From Gammaproteobacteria bacterium (GTDB lineage: Bacteria; Pseudomonadota; Gammaproteobacteria; Eutrophobiales; Eutrophobiaceae): 64,000 nt of DNA. The translations under genes were made by a program, and so were the position numbers. The DNA is taken from positions 118,851 through 182,850 of the forward strand of contig CBDFNQ010000038.1 of NCBI GenBank assembly GCA_965250225.1, given 5' to 3'. The notes beneath the pieces were generated by a model. That model did no database searches and was not told the DNA's origin. It saw nothing but the letters and a program-made list of their open reading frames with translations. Positions 22,729-32,797 of the stretch are shown here, piece by piece. The first letter of the stretch is position 1. Every line of letters begins with the position of its first letter.

Positions 22729-23404
22729 CTTGTGACTCTTCCTTCTCGGCTTCTTGATATCGATTATCGTGGCGGATCACTTTTGGAACCAATACCCGAT
22801 TAGTAATACTAACTGGCTCATACACGACACGTTCCTTAACCGAGTCATAACGCACTTCCACTTTTCCTTCTAGAGGGAAATCCTTACGAAATGGATGACC
22901 GATGAAACCGTAATCGGTTAACAAACGACGTAAATCGGGATGACCTTCGAATAAAACGCCAAACAAGTCGAATGCCTCGCGTTCATACCAGTTGGCTGAC
23001 GGCCAGATGTCGATCACCGAGGGAATTAATAGCGACTCCGAATCCAGAAAACAACGAATCCTGAGACGGCGATTGTATTTCATCGATAACAAATGATAGA
23101 CAACGGCGAATCTATCTTTGGTCTGTCTTGATTCTGCTGGAATGTCCTTATCCACTGCACGTGAAAAACCGGTTTTACTGGTGTTTTGTGTATCCCAATC
23201 AGACTGACCAAAACTGCTGTAATCAACTGCGCATAAATCGGACAGTTGTTCAAACGCAAATGCCTCTTCATCCCTCAGAGACAGACAGACAGACAGTAAA
23301 TGTTCTGGCGTTAATTCAAGGGTGATTTGTTTATGTGCTATTTCACAGCCACTACTCTCATCCGTAAAGCGTTGCCTTAACTGCTGACTGAAGGTTTCTG
23401 ACAA
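22715..23404 (-). CDS. nuoC: NADH-quinone oxidoreductase subunit C (30 kDa)
   Basis: 229 aa, conserved NuoC core ([24 protein letters not shown]). Confidence 0.9.
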   Translation of the reverse strand: MSETFSQQLRQRFTDESSGCEIAHKQITLELTPEHLLSVCLSLRDEEAFAFEQLSDLCAVDYSSFGQSDWDTQNTSKTGFSRAVDKDIPAESRQTKDRFAVVYHLLSMKYNRRLRIRCFLDSESLLIPSVIDIWPSANWYEREAFDLFGVLFEGHPDLRRLLTDYGFIGHPFRKDFPLEGKVEVRYDSVKERVVYEPVSITNRVLVPKVIRHDNRYQEAEKEESQGNRE

Positions 23405-23421
23405 TGTCGTAATTTCCCGAT

Positions 23422-23907
23422 CTAACGTGCGATGGTACTGTTGCGTTTAATTTTTTTCTGCAATTGCATAACACCAAACAACAGTGCCTCAGCGGTTGGT
23501 GGACAACCGGGTACATAAATATCAACCGGCACGATGCGATCACAACCGCGAACAACGGCATAAGAATAATGATAATAGCCGCCACCGTTGGCACAGGAAC
23601 CCATCGAGATCACCCATTTGGGATCTGCCATCTGGTCATAAACCCTGCGTAAAGCGGGTGCCATTTTATTTACCAGCGTACCCGCTACGATCATAACATC
23701 GGACTGCCGCGGACTAGGTCTGAATACCACACCAAAGCGATCAAGATCATAACGTGAGGCACCTGCGTGCATCATTTCTACCGCACAACAAGCCAGGCCA
23801 AAGGTCATTGGCCACATCGAACCGGTACGCGCCCAGTTGATAAGACTATCCATTGAGGTCGTTAACAAACCCGGCTCATGCACTTTGGCATCGAGTTCTA
23901 TCGCCAT
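23422..23907 (-). CDS. nuoB: NADH-quinone oxidoreductase subunit B (20 kDa, N2 cluster)
   Basis: [10 protein letters not shown]...[35 protein letters not shown] motifs. The ORF-track start at 23964 overlaps nuoA by 50 nt. The internal Met (MAIELD..., nt 23907) 8 nt after the nuoA stop is the more plausible start. Confidence 0.88.
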   Translation of the reverse strand: MAIELDAKVHEPGLLTTSMDSLINWARTGSMWPMTFGLACCAVEMMHAGASRYDLDRFGVVFRPSPRQSDVMIVAGTLVNKMAPALRRVYDQMADPKWVISMGSCANGGGYYHYSYAVVRGCDRIVPVDIYVPGCPPTAEALLFGVMQLQKKIKRNSTIAR

Positions 23908-23914
23908 CGGATAA

Positions 23915-24283
23915 TTATTCCCATTCCAGGGCGCCTTTGCGCCATTCATAGATAAAACCGACAACCAGCACGGCCAGAAAGATCATCATCGCCAGAAAAC
24001 CTGTCATACCCACCTTGCGCAGCACAACAGCCCAGGGAAACAAAAAGGCGATTTCAAGATCAAAAATAATAAACAGAATAGCAACCAGGTAATAGCGAAC
24101 ATCGAACTTCATGCGCGCGTCTTCAAACGGCTCAAAACCACACTCATAAGGGGAATCTTTATGTGGGTTACGACGGGAATGACCAAAGAATTTACCCAGA
24201 CCCAATCCCAGAGCAATCATAACCACACCCAGCAGCAGACCAACGATCAGAAATATCAGTATTGGAATATAGTTCTCTAGCAT
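23915..24283 (-). CDS. nuoA: NADH-quinone oxidoreductase subunit A
   Basis: 122-aa three-TM protein, first gene of operon, conserved PYECGFEPF motif. Confidence 0.9.
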   Translation of the reverse strand: MLENYIPILIFLIVGLLLGVVMIALGLGLGKFFGHSRRNPHKDSPYECGFEPFEDARMKFDVRYYLVAILFIIFDLEIAFLFPWAVVLRKVGMTGFLAMMIFLAVLVVGFIYEWRKGALEWE

Positions 24284-24432
24284 GGGAGATACATGTTTTT
24301 ATAGTACAAAAATAGCAATTTTCACGGCTAGATGCCTCTTGCTATACGAGTGTGAATCTAATCAGGTATTTATACCATAAATTCAGGTCAAACGTGTTAA
24401 TTTTGTTAATATTTTAGTCCCTGAGATTCTGG

Positions 24433-24465
24433 TAAAAAATGCAAGAAACTTGCCTGTTTCTTGAC
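24433..24465 (-). terminator. Rho-independent terminator downstream of the GGDEF-EAL gene (minus strand)
   Basis: Minus strand: GTCAAGAAAC-aggcaag-GTTTCTTGCATTTTTTACC. 8-bp stem, 7-nt loop, T6 tract. ~30 nt past the stop at 24498. Confidence 0.55.
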
Positions 24466-24497
24466 ATAAATCAAGTAAGCAATAATGGGGGGGGGAT

Positions 24498-27302
24498 TTA
24501 CATCACCAACTTATGATCTTCAAACATAAAACTCCTGAAATCTTCGGCATCAAGAGGTTTACTGAAATAATAACCCTGCAATACTTCACAACCTAATTGT
24601 GCCAACAACTCATGCTGTTTCATGGTTTCCACACCTTCAGCAACAATTTCAAGACTAAGACTTTTTGCCAAAGAAATAATTGATTTTACTATCGCCATAT
24701 TTTCTATGTTAGCAGGAATATCTCGCACAAAAGATTGGTCTATTTTTAATATATCGACTGGAAATTTTTGTAAATACGACATGGATGAATAACCTGTACC
24801 AAAATCATCAATTGACAATGACACACCCAGGGATTTCAGTTCATGCAAGGTGACTATTGTTTTTTCAATATCATCCATAGCACTACCTTCGGTAATTTCC
24901 AGATCAAGTAATGCAGGATCCAGTCTACTTTCCTCCAGTACTTTTTGGACACAATCATATATATTGTAATTAAGGAATTGTTTAGGCGAGAGATTCACCG
25001 ATATTCTAAATTTTAGAGATGTGACTCGTTGCCATTCCATTGCTTCTTTACAGGCTGTTTTAAAGATCCATTCACTCATAGGTAATATCAATCCTGTTTC
25101 TTCAGCCAACTCAATGAACTCACTGGGAGAAACCATCCCTCTTCGAGGATGTTGCCAACGCAGCAGGGCCTCAGCACCAATTAATTGACCTGTTTGCGAA
25201 CTTATTTTTGGTTGATAGTGAAGTACCAGTTCCTTATTGTTTAATGCGTTCGTCAAATCTCTTTCAAGTTCCAGTTTCTTTAAATTATCGACATCGAGTT
25301 TTTTAGAATAATACTGATAATTTTCCCTACCTTTATTTTTTGCATAATACATAGCGGCATCAGCATTTTTGAGTAACTCATAAAAATCTTCTCCGTGTTT
25401 TGGAAAAATAGAAATGCCAAGACTCGGTGTTACTAAAAGATCATAACTGTCAATTGTGATCTGGCGTTCAAGGTTTGATAAAATATTTTCAGATAACATT
25501 TTGATATATGCAATGATGTCATTAATATCTTTAACATCTGGAACAATAATAAATTCATCACCACCATATCTCGCAATAAAATCATATTCTTGTACATTTT
25601 GTTTGAGAATATTTGCGACCTCTACTAATAATTTATCGCCAACCAAATGCCCGTATGAATCATTAATGTATTTGAAACGATCTAAACCCACTAGAATTAA
25701 AACCATTTTATGATTATCTATTTTTGCTTTTTCAAGATTCAAGGAAAATTCTTTCTGTAGCAAATTTCGATTCGGTAAGCCGGTTAATTTATCGTAATGC
25801 GCCTGTATATAAAGCTTTTGTTCCCAGGTTGAATTTGAGAGTGCAATGGCAACTTTTGAAGCCAACTCTTTGATTTCATTTTTTTCAAATGTTTCAAAAT
25901 CGCTATGATGCCCATTATTGATATACAGAACCCCTATCACACCATCTGTGTTCTTCAATGGAAATAAACGTATATTTTCATTCTCCACACTATTTAGTTG
26001 AGACAAATAATTTCTTTCCGAATTATTCTTTAGTTGTATGCACGTATCACACTCCTCTAATTCTTCATGTTGAGACTGGCTAATCTTGATTGAATATTCT
26101 TCAATGTTATTTTTTTCATCGTTAGAATGAATAAGAAAGTTAGCAGTACCCTGCTCTTCAAAATTGAGAATAATAATTCCGACATTTGACGTTTTCAGAA
26201 ATGAACGAAGCTTATGTATTAAATTAGTAATAATGCTTTTGGAATCCAGTGATGAGAAAATTAATTTATCTATCTCTGTGAACGCATTGATCATTTCAAA
26301 ATGGTCACTAATCTTGCCGCTCATTTCATTAAATGTTTCAGATAAGTCCTGAAACTCATCATGGCTGGTAAGTTTAATTGTGGATCCATAATCACCATTT
26401 TTTATCTTTTCTGCTGATTTTTGTAAAACAGAAAGAGGCACAATGGTACGTCTCACCTGACCTGCGGCTAAAAGCAATATAATTAACAAACTGGCTAATA
26501 AGATTAAGATGAAGTATTTTCTGAAACGTGGCAATGCCTGGTAGGCATCTTCAAGTGGCGTAATGGTATTAACAAAAAGACTATCTGGTGAAAAGGTTGC
26601 GCCCAAAAACAGTTCCCAATAATACGTGGAATGTAATTTATCCTTGTAGACAAACTCTTTGTATTTATTTTCACTTGAGAAAGCAAAAGGGATTTTTTGT
26701 GTTGGGAATCCATCAACATTACAAACTGCTTCGATATTTTTTTCAGCACTGACACAAGCCATGTTATTTGCATAGAGAAACTCATCAACATTTATAACAG
26801 CAACGATAATTACATCATTCAAGTCATGGCTGCTTGCATGATAAAGTAGCGGCGGAGAATCATTTGTATTTTCACTTTCTATTTTGAACAGAAATTTATT
26901 TTGGGAAAGATGATTTTCTTCTTTTTCATTTAACTCATAGTCGAAACTGGCGCCGCCATAAACCTGTTTAAAATATTTTTTGCCTTCTAATAAGTACACA
27001 TCTGAAATATATTTATTGGAGAGTTCATCAGCATAAAATTCCTTCATATTCAGTTGAGATACATCGCTTTGATAAATCATCCTCAACTGCTCAGAGATCA
27101 GGTTTATTCGGTTAAAGATCAATAATGCATAGGATTTTGTATCGAGATAAATTTGTCGTTCCAGATTGGTTTGTATTTGTCTGGATAATTCCTGATATGA
27201 CACGAGTGCAATGCCCATAATTGGAATAAGACCTGCTAAAAGAAAAAAAACAAATATACGCTGTGCTACTTTACTTTTCAGGATCGTATTATTGAATTTC
27301 AC
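24498..27302 (-). CDS. Membrane sensor protein with GGDEF (diguanylate cyclase) and EAL (phosphodiesterase) domains
   Basis: 934 aa. N-terminal TM (IFVFFLLAGLIPIMGIALV), large periplasmic region, second TM (YFILILLASLLIILLLAAG), HAMP-like, GGDEF (RYGGDEFIIV), EAL (EALLRWQHP...DDFGTGYSS). Confidence 0.88.
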   Translation of the reverse strand: MKFNNTILKSKVAQRIFVFFLLAGLIPIMGIALVSYQELSRQIQTNLERQIYLDTKSYALLIFNRINLISEQLRMIYQSDVSQLNMKEFYADELSNKYISDVYLLEGKKYFKQVYGGASFDYELNEKEENHLSQNKFLFKIESENTNDSPPLLYHASSHDLNDVIIVAVINVDEFLYANNMACVSAEKNIEAVCNVDGFPTQKIPFAFSSENKYKEFVYKDKLHSTYYWELFLGATFSPDSLFVNTITPLEDAYQALPRFRKYFILILLASLLIILLLAAGQVRRTIVPLSVLQKSAEKIKNGDYGSTIKLTSHDEFQDLSETFNEMSGKISDHFEMINAFTEIDKLIFSSLDSKSIITNLIHKLRSFLKTSNVGIIILNFEEQGTANFLIHSNDEKNNIEEYSIKISQSQHEELEECDTCIQLKNNSERNYLSQLNSVENENIRLFPLKNTDGVIGVLYINNGHHSDFETFEKNEIKELASKVAIALSNSTWEQKLYIQAHYDKLTGLPNRNLLQKEFSLNLEKAKIDNHKMVLILVGLDRFKYINDSYGHLVGDKLLVEVANILKQNVQEYDFIARYGGDEFIIVPDVKDINDIIAYIKMLSENILSNLERQITIDSYDLLVTPSLGISIFPKHGEDFYELLKNADAAMYYAKNKGRENYQYYSKKLDVDNLKKLELERDLTNALNNKELVLHYQPKISSQTGQLIGAEALLRWQHPRRGMVSPSEFIELAEETGLILPMSEWIFKTACKEAMEWQRVTSLKFRISVNLSPKQFLNYNIYDCVQKVLEESRLDPALLDLEITEGSAMDDIEKTIVTLHELKSLGVSLSIDDFGTGYSSMSYLQKFPVDILKIDQSFVRDIPANIENMAIVKSIISLAKSLSLEIVAEGVETMKQHELLAQLGCEVLQGYYFSKPLDAEDFRSFMFEDHKLVM

Positions 27303-27326
27303 TTTTATAGCGAAGGGTATTGATCA

Positions 27327-27809
27327 CTAGAATTCAGTCGCTAAGCCGACAAAACTACCATTTCGGCCCCTGACAATATCATCATGACTTTGCTTCGCTG
27401 TTAATGGCCCTACACTCGCTTTATCTGATCCTGAGCTGTAAAGATCATAATCCGAATTAATAGGTACCAGATTTTTATCTTTTCTTTGCTTACCTTTGCC
27501 TTTTTTGGTGGCATTTTCAATATTCAAGTATCCGTAAGGAACATCCCAGGGATCGGTCTGCAATCTTGCTTCCAGTCCATTGAGGTTGTCAGGGAAGCGA
27601 CCATTCTCGGTGTAAAAACGTTGCAAATAAATCTCGATCTCCTTGATCTCCGTAATAGCCTCCGTGTTTTTTAAATTATTAATATGATCTGTATACAAAG
27701 GAAAGCCAATGGAAGCCATTACTGCGACTACAGCCACTACCAGCATTAATTCCACCAGGGTAAATGCCTTCATTGTCTTTAGCGGACGAAATTTTTTATG
27801 AGATATCAT
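27327..27809 (-). CDS. Type IV pilin-like / pseudopilin (prepilin N-terminal methylation domain protein)
   Basis: N-terminus ...KTMKAFTLVELMLVVAVVAVMASIGFP matches the prepilin cleavage/methylation consensus (FTLxELM + hydrophobic helix), though with Ala instead of Gly at -1. True start probably the internal Met (nt ~27773). Confidence 0.55.
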   Translation of the reverse strand: MISHKKFRPLKTMKAFTLVELMLVVAVVAVMASIGFPLYTDHINNLKNTEAITEIKEIEIYLQRFYTENGRFPDNLNGLEARLQTDPWDVPYGYLNIENATKKGKGKQRKDKNLVPINSDYDLYSSGSDKASVGPLTAKQSHDDIVRGRNGSFVGLATEF

Positions 27810-27945
27810 AATAATAGCCCTACAACTTTGTTATATTTTTGAATTTTATAATAAAATTAAACCACATGACAGAAAAATGACACTATCGAGATCGAATGTT
27901 GATAATACCTCTTCGTTTTTCTAGCAGCAAACATTCTCTTTCCTG

Positions 27946-27974
27946 CTTGAAATTCAGCGAAATAACCCCAAATT
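27946..27974 (+). promoter_or_regulatory. Putative sigma-32 (RpoH) heat-shock promoter for the Hsp20 gene
   Basis: cTTGAAAttcagcgaaataaCCCCAAATtt: -35 CTTGAAA, 13-nt spacer, -10 CCCCAaaT versus consensus CTTGAAA-N13-15-CCCCATnT. ~80 nt upstream of the ibpA-like start. Confidence 0.55.
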
Positions 27975-28052
27975 TATAAGTCCCGACATGGGTCTCATAG
28001 CAGAACATGTCACATGTGATTAACAACGTATTGCTTCAAAGGAGAATACATT

Positions 28053-28514
28053 ATGACAACTATCGATTTAGCCCCTCTGTACCGCAGCAGCATCGGTTTT
28101 GACCGTTTTGGTTCATTACTGGATACGGCCCTGAGTACCGAACAAGGTTCCGCAAGCTACCCTCCCTACAATATTGAGGTGGCCGGCGATAACCAGTATC
28201 AAATCACCCTTGCTCTGGCCGGATTTGTTGAAAGTGATCTGGACATCCAAACAGAAAAAAGTGTATTAACCATTCGAGGCAAGAAATCCTCCGAAGACGG
28301 TGATCAACAATTCCTGCATCAAGGCATAGCCAATCGCGCCTTTGAGCGTAAATTTAACCTGGCAGATTATATTGAAGTCACCGGAGCCAAGCTTGAAAAT
28401 GGCCTGTTGACCATTAATCTTGTGAAAGAAATTCCTGAAGCGCTGAAACCAAAATCAATCGCTATCAATGGTGTTTCAAACAACAAACTGGTTGAAGAAC
28501 AAGCGGCAGCGTAA
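28053..28514 (+). CDS. ibpA: Small heat-shock protein, Hsp20/alpha-crystallin family (IbpA-like)
   Basis: 153 aa. N-terminus MTTIDLAPLYRSSIGFDRFGSLLD and alpha-crystallin core (YNIEVAGDNQYQITLALAGF...RAFERKFNLAD...ENGLLTINL) match IbpA/IbpB closely. Confidence 0.85.
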   Translation: MTTIDLAPLYRSSIGFDRFGSLLDTALSTEQGSASYPPYNIEVAGDNQYQITLALAGFVESDLDIQTEKSVLTIRGKKSSEDGDQQFLHQGIANRAFERKFNLADYIEVTGAKLENGLLTINLVKEIPEALKPKSIAINGVSNNKLVEEQAAA

Positions 28515-28528
28515 CTTTCATGAAGAAA

Positions 28529-28565
28529 CTGGCAACAGCGAAATACTGTTGCCAGTACTTAGTTT
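28529..28565 (+). terminator. Rho-independent terminator after the Hsp20 gene
   Basis: CTGGCAACAG-cgaaata-CTGTTGCCAG (10-bp perfect stem) followed by tacttagttt. Confidence 0.5.
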
Positions 28566-28682
28566 ACAATAGTTAGGAACAATAATGATTTTGAGCGGTC
28601 AGATTTTTCTATCTATTCGTTAAAAACCAGATTACATGCGTTATCATTAGAATAGACTTGCCTATTCACAATTTGATTTACT

Positions 28683-29108
28683 ATGGAATTGAATTATAAA
28701 TTAAACGCTTATTTCATAACGGCACTTTTGAGTGTGGTGTTCGCAGTCGTTGGCGTTAGTTACAACGCCTGGCGTCTCGAAGTCACAGAAGATAATAATA
28801 ATATACGAACAGCATCTTTCGTAGTTCTGACAGAACTCGCCGAGCTTGAACAAATAATTTATGCGGCACATTACGACAAAAACATCATTGACGGCAGTCC
28901 AAGAAAAGGCTGGGTGAAAGTCGGTTTAATTGTCGATCTAAGCAGCCTCATCAATCAATCAGTGGAAGAAGAATCTGAACATTTAAAAATAATATGGAGT
29001 AATAACTGGAGTAAGATAGCAGTGAGTCGGGAAGCTACCGACAGTCTTGTCGATGAAATCGAATCCGTTCGCAAAGAAATTAAATTGGCTCTCAGTAAAT
29101 TAAAATAA
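28683..29108 (+). CDS. Hypothetical membrane-anchored protein
   Basis: 141-aa ORF with one N-terminal TM (AYFITALLSVVFAVVGVSY) and a coiled-coil-like C-terminus. No recognisable family. Confidence 0.4.
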   Translation: MELNYKLNAYFITALLSVVFAVVGVSYNAWRLEVTEDNNNIRTASFVVLTELAELEQIIYAAHYDKNIIDGSPRKGWVKVGLIVDLSSLINQSVEEESEHLKIIWSNNWSKIAVSREATDSLVDEIESVRKEIKLALSKLK

Positions 29109-29150
29109 TCTGAGATGTAACAACACTCGAAATATATTAACTCTCAAGAT

Positions 29151-30167
29151 CTAAGATATGTGAATTCTGTTCCGTCCTTCTTTTTTTGCACTATAACAGG
29201 CCTGGTCAACTTTTTTTAATAATTCGATCATATTGTCACATGAAGTATCAATCAAAGTAATACCAATACTTATACCAATATCCATATTATTTCCTTCGAT
29301 ATCAAATTCAGTTTTGTTCAATGTCTTTATCAAATTTTTCGCCACACGTTGGGCCTGTTTGATTGAGCAATGCTCCATTATTAATCCAAATTCATCACCA
29401 CCTATCCTGGCAAGAGTGTCTCTTTTTCGTATGTGTCGACCAAGAAGCTGACCAATCTCTTGTAACAAATAATCGCCTGATATATGTCCGAATGAGTCAT
29501 TCACCTGTTTAAAGTTATCCAGATCCATATAACAGAGCACATGTTCTGATGTATCAGTTACAGATTCAGAAAAAACTCTATCCAGTCGTCGTTCAAATTC
29601 AAAACGATTTACCAGACCTGTTAATACATCATGTGTTGCCTGGTAAGATAATTTTTCCGTCCGTTTTAGTGACTCATAGTCACTTTCCAGTCTTTGAACA
29701 ATAACATCCCTCAACATCTCTAGCATTTTAACCTGTTTTAGAGAAAGTGTTTTAGGTGCGCGATCAATTACACAAAGAGTACCCAAAGCATAACCATCCT
29801 TGTTAATGAGTGGAACACCAGCATAGAACCGGAGCGGAGGATCATCAAGGACACGCGGATTATTATTAAATCGATTGTCTTGTAACGTATCTGAAATGAT
29901 CATTGTCTGCTGATGAAATACCACATGGCCACACAAAGATATTTCTCGTGGTGTCTCTTTCACGTCTTCATCCAATCCTACTTTCGTGTAATAGCACCCT
30001 CTGTTTTCATCTATAAGAGTGATTGTTGAAACTGGGCAATCACATATTTCTGCAGCAACTTTGGTCAATAAGACCATGTCGGAACTTGGTTCACTATCAA
30101 GAATCCCATAACAACATAGTGCTTCAAGACGAGCAATTTCATTTTCGGGAATGGGAATTGGCAACAT
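29151..30167 (-). CDS. GAF domain-containing diguanylate cyclase (GGDEF)
   Basis: 338 aa. N-terminal GAF-like region, C-terminal GGDEF (RIGGDEFGLI) with upstream LTGLVNRFEFE motif. Confidence 0.85.
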   Translation of the reverse strand: MLPIPIPENEIARLEALCCYGILDSEPSSDMVLLTKVAAEICDCPVSTITLIDENRGCYYTKVGLDEDVKETPREISLCGHVVFHQQTMIISDTLQDNRFNNNPRVLDDPPLRFYAGVPLINKDGYALGTLCVIDRAPKTLSLKQVKMLEMLRDVIVQRLESDYESLKRTEKLSYQATHDVLTGLVNRFEFERRLDRVFSESVTDTSEHVLCYMDLDNFKQVNDSFGHISGDYLLQEIGQLLGRHIRKRDTLARIGGDEFGLIMEHCSIKQAQRVAKNLIKTLNKTEFDIEGNNMDIGISIGITLIDTSCDNMIELLKKVDQACYSAKKEGRNRIHIS

Positions 30168-30327
30168 AATAAAGGATGATACGCTCTAAATTTAGCTGAG
30201 AGCAACAGAAGTGTTACTTATTAACTACCTGTCATGGAGGAATTAATTATTGCATTGCGTCAATGCGGCTGGTTGCAAACAAGCAACAACGATGCTATTT
30301 AGATATTTATTGTAGAAGTGTGGAAAA

Positions 30328-31197
30328 TTAATGTTTAAGAATATTATCAATATTACAGATAATACTGTCAGGTCCCTCGTCCTTTACATACATGCCGGAA
30401 AATAGATCCGCTGTCTCATCATTTTGTTGACCAAAGACAATATCGGATTGTTTATCACTTCCATTGTATTCAACAACATCGTTGATTTCATCGATAAGAA
30501 TACCAAAAATCGGAACCACACCGTCCTTTGTTACAAAAATAATCACTGGCCGCATGGCACCTTGTACTTGCTCACGAGCCTGACTGAACAAGGATCGTAG
30601 TCGTCGTAATGTGGTATGTCTTTCGACCTTTAATATTTCTAATGCTTCATCCTGTTTTTTTTGATCACGTAAAGACAGTAACTTTTCTGCCAGTGAATGA
30701 ATGCGATTGTGCGGAGCATCAAACTTAACAAGGATTTCCCGTAAGGTTTCATCCCTTGTTTCGAACTGATCATACCATTTGCCAAATGCGCACTGGTGCG
30801 GATCCATAGCCTTAGTGAAAAGAACATCATCAGTAATACTTTTTTCCAGAGCATCTAACCATTCAATATGATCTTTTTCTCTGGCCTCGAGATTTTCAAT
30901 GAGTGTTTGCATGACTTGCTGTCCGGAATCAACACCGATTAATCTGGCATAATCAAAAACAGGTACCACTGTCTCCAGATATTTATACACCCCGAGAATT
31001 CCCTGACCTTTCACAGGTAGGTTCTGTATGTTATCACTGTCATCCTTTACAGAAAGAACGTTAGCGGATTCCAGGGCATAGAGATTGTCGGATAGATAAA
31101 AGGTAAACGCAGATATTGTCCGGGATGACGGAATCCCCGGATTGCCGGAATTTAATTGTGTGGTTTGTTCTGTCTGCAAGATGATCTCCCTGGACAT
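30328..31197 (-). CDS. CheW-like domain protein with an embedded CZB (chemoreceptor zinc-binding) domain
   Basis: CheW-like N-half (ISAFTFYLSDNLYALESANVLSV...GQGILGVYKYLETVVPVFD) and C-half (RPVIIFVTKDGVVPIFGILIDEINDVV) flank a CZB signature: DHIEW...(24 aa)...CAFGKW...(20 aa)...HNRIH (Hxx[W]...CxxGxW...HxxxH). Confidence 0.65.
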   Translation of the reverse strand: MSREIILQTEQTTQLNSGNPGIPSSRTISAFTFYLSDNLYALESANVLSVKDDSDNIQNLPVKGQGILGVYKYLETVVPVFDYARLIGVDSGQQVMQTLIENLEAREKDHIEWLDALEKSITDDVLFTKAMDPHQCAFGKWYDQFETRDETLREILVKFDAPHNRIHSLAEKLLSLRDQKKQDEALEILKVERHTTLRRLRSLFSQAREQVQGAMRPVIIFVTKDGVVPIFGILIDEINDVVEYNGSDKQSDIVFGQQNDETADLFSGMYVKDEGPDSIICNIDNILKH

Positions 31198-31293
31198 TTG
31201 ATAGCCTAGTTTTTAAGGGTATCGGCAGACTTTCCATAAAACTTTAGTGAACTGTGGATAGTTTATCCCTAACATAAATTTAGACAGGTAATT

Positions 31294-32130
31294 TTATGTC
31301 CTGACGGCAAAAAGAAAATAAATAGTATTACCGTCCACCATTTCTCCTCCTTCCCATTTTCTGGCAATTATTCTTCCGCCGGCCTGTTTAATCATTGCAT
31401 CAATATTGTGAATATATGTTCCGTCACGCTCCCTGATCACTGAATCATCAAGCTGTGAATTATCACCTTCTGGATAAGCTAAACCGGAAATTGCCAACAA
31501 TTTATCCGTATGCTGCAACATCATATTTACCACTATCTGGGCATCATCCTTCTTCAAATACATCAGAACACCCGTGCAAATAATGACATCATAACTTCGG
31601 CCATTCATAACACTTTCAATCTCCTCCATATCCTTACAGAAAAGCTTTATTTTTGACCCTAACTTTGAAAGATAAGCAGAACCCTGATCAATTGCATATT
31701 CATCAATATCATTTCCTTCCAGGATATTGGCATTGGTGAAAAAATCCGTTTCCATATAACGTAATAAATAACCCAATGAACAACCCACATCAAAAACGGA
31801 ATCTATACTTTCTTCAGGCAGGTGTCCTAATGTCCCTAGTGTATCCCTGATGTCGGAAAGAAATATTTTTCTGGTCTCATTCAGGTTTTCATACCCGAAT
31901 CGCTGCGCTATCTCATAGGTATCGGCATAATTGAGATGGTACTTCCAAAGAAACTTATGATATTCATTTATATCACGCTGACAAAAATCCTGAAGCAGCT
32001 CAACAGTCCACCAGGCTCTGGTCGTACTATCGATAAAGCGAGACCGATTAAGCCATAGGACAATTTTTTTTCTTACCATTAAGGGTAATAGAAGGATCAG
32101 TTGCTTAATTAGCTTTTTGATATTTTTCAT
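31294..32130 (-). CDS. Class I SAM-dependent methyltransferase
   Basis: 278 aa, motif I VFDVGCSLGYLL and acidic motif II/III spacing typical of Rossmann-fold MTases. Confidence 0.6.
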   Translation of the reverse strand: MKNIKKLIKQLILLLPLMVRKKIVLWLNRSRFIDSTTRAWWTVELLQDFCQRDINEYHKFLWKYHLNYADTYEIAQRFGYENLNETRKIFLSDIRDTLGTLGHLPEESIDSVFDVGCSLGYLLRYMETDFFTNANILEGNDIDEYAIDQGSAYLSKLGSKIKLFCKDMEEIESVMNGRSYDVIICTGVLMYLKKDDAQIVVNMMLQHTDKLLAISGLAYPEGDNSQLDDSVIRERDGTYIHNIDAMIKQAGGRIIARKWEGGEMVDGNTIYFLFAVRT

Positions 32131-32224
32131 TACACATAAGACATACAGCTATGTCTCCCTGTTATTCATTGGGGTCAGCAAATAATTTCACCACTGAGAA
32201 GAAGTGTTTAAACTGCCTATAATT

Positions 32225-32310
32225 TGGTGCCGATGGCCGGAGTCGAACCGGCACGCCGTTAAGGCACTACCCCCTCAAGATAGCGTGTCTACCAATTCCA
32301 CCACATCGGC
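32225..32310 (-). tRNA. tRNA-Leu (anticodon GAG)
   Basis: Minus-strand sequence GCCGATGTGGTGGAATTGGTAGACACGCTATCTTGAGGGGGTAGTGCCTTAACGGCGTGCCGGTTCGACTCCGGCCATCGGCACCA. 7-bp acceptor stem, D-arm GTGG/AATTGGTAG, anticodon loop TTGAGGG (GAG), long variable arm (class II), T-arm GGTTCGACTCC, encoded CCA. Near-identical architecture to E. coli tRNA-Leu. Confidence 0.9.
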
Positions 32311-32359
32311 AATTAAAAAATTATTTCCTAAGCCTGAATCAGTTCAGGTCTATGCCCAT

Positions 32360-32797
32360 CTACTCTGGTAAGGCGGGTAAGTCTGAATCCGTAGCTGGTT
32401 CAGGGACTTCAGCAGGCATATCCATGTCTTCTTCTGTCAATGCTGCATCAACCCCTTCGGCCTCTTGTTCCATAACATCGGTCATTTTATCGGCCAGCTT
32501 GTCCACTTCGACCTGTTCCATCAATTCAGTATTTTCCATTAAACTGCCAGGCGCTTCTCTTTGAGATGCCATATAACCAAGAGCAAGACTATTTGCCAGA
32601 AAAACGACTGCCAAAAAGGTAGTGGTTTTCGTCATGAAGTTACCAGAACCCTGACTACCAAATACTGTGCCCGAGGCACCGCTACCAAATGCAGCGCCCG
32701 CATCGGCACCTTTGCCATGCTGGATCAAAATAAACCCAATCAATGTGATAGCCACAAAGACCTGAACGACTAATAAAACGGTTTGCAATACTTCCAT
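32360..32797 (-). CDS. secG: Preprotein translocase subunit SecG
   Basis: 145 aa. Two TM helices with Gly-rich loop (GKGADAGAAFGSGASGTVFGSQGSGNF) and acidic C-terminal tail. Classic tpiA-secG-tRNA-Leu synteny. Confidence 0.88.
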   Translation of the reverse strand: MEVLQTVLLVVQVFVAITLIGFILIQHGKGADAGAAFGSGASGTVFGSQGSGNFMTKTTTFLAVVFLANSLALGYMASQREAPGSLMENTELMEQVEVDKLADKMTDVMEQEAEGVDAALTEEDMDMPAEVPEPATDSDLPALPE

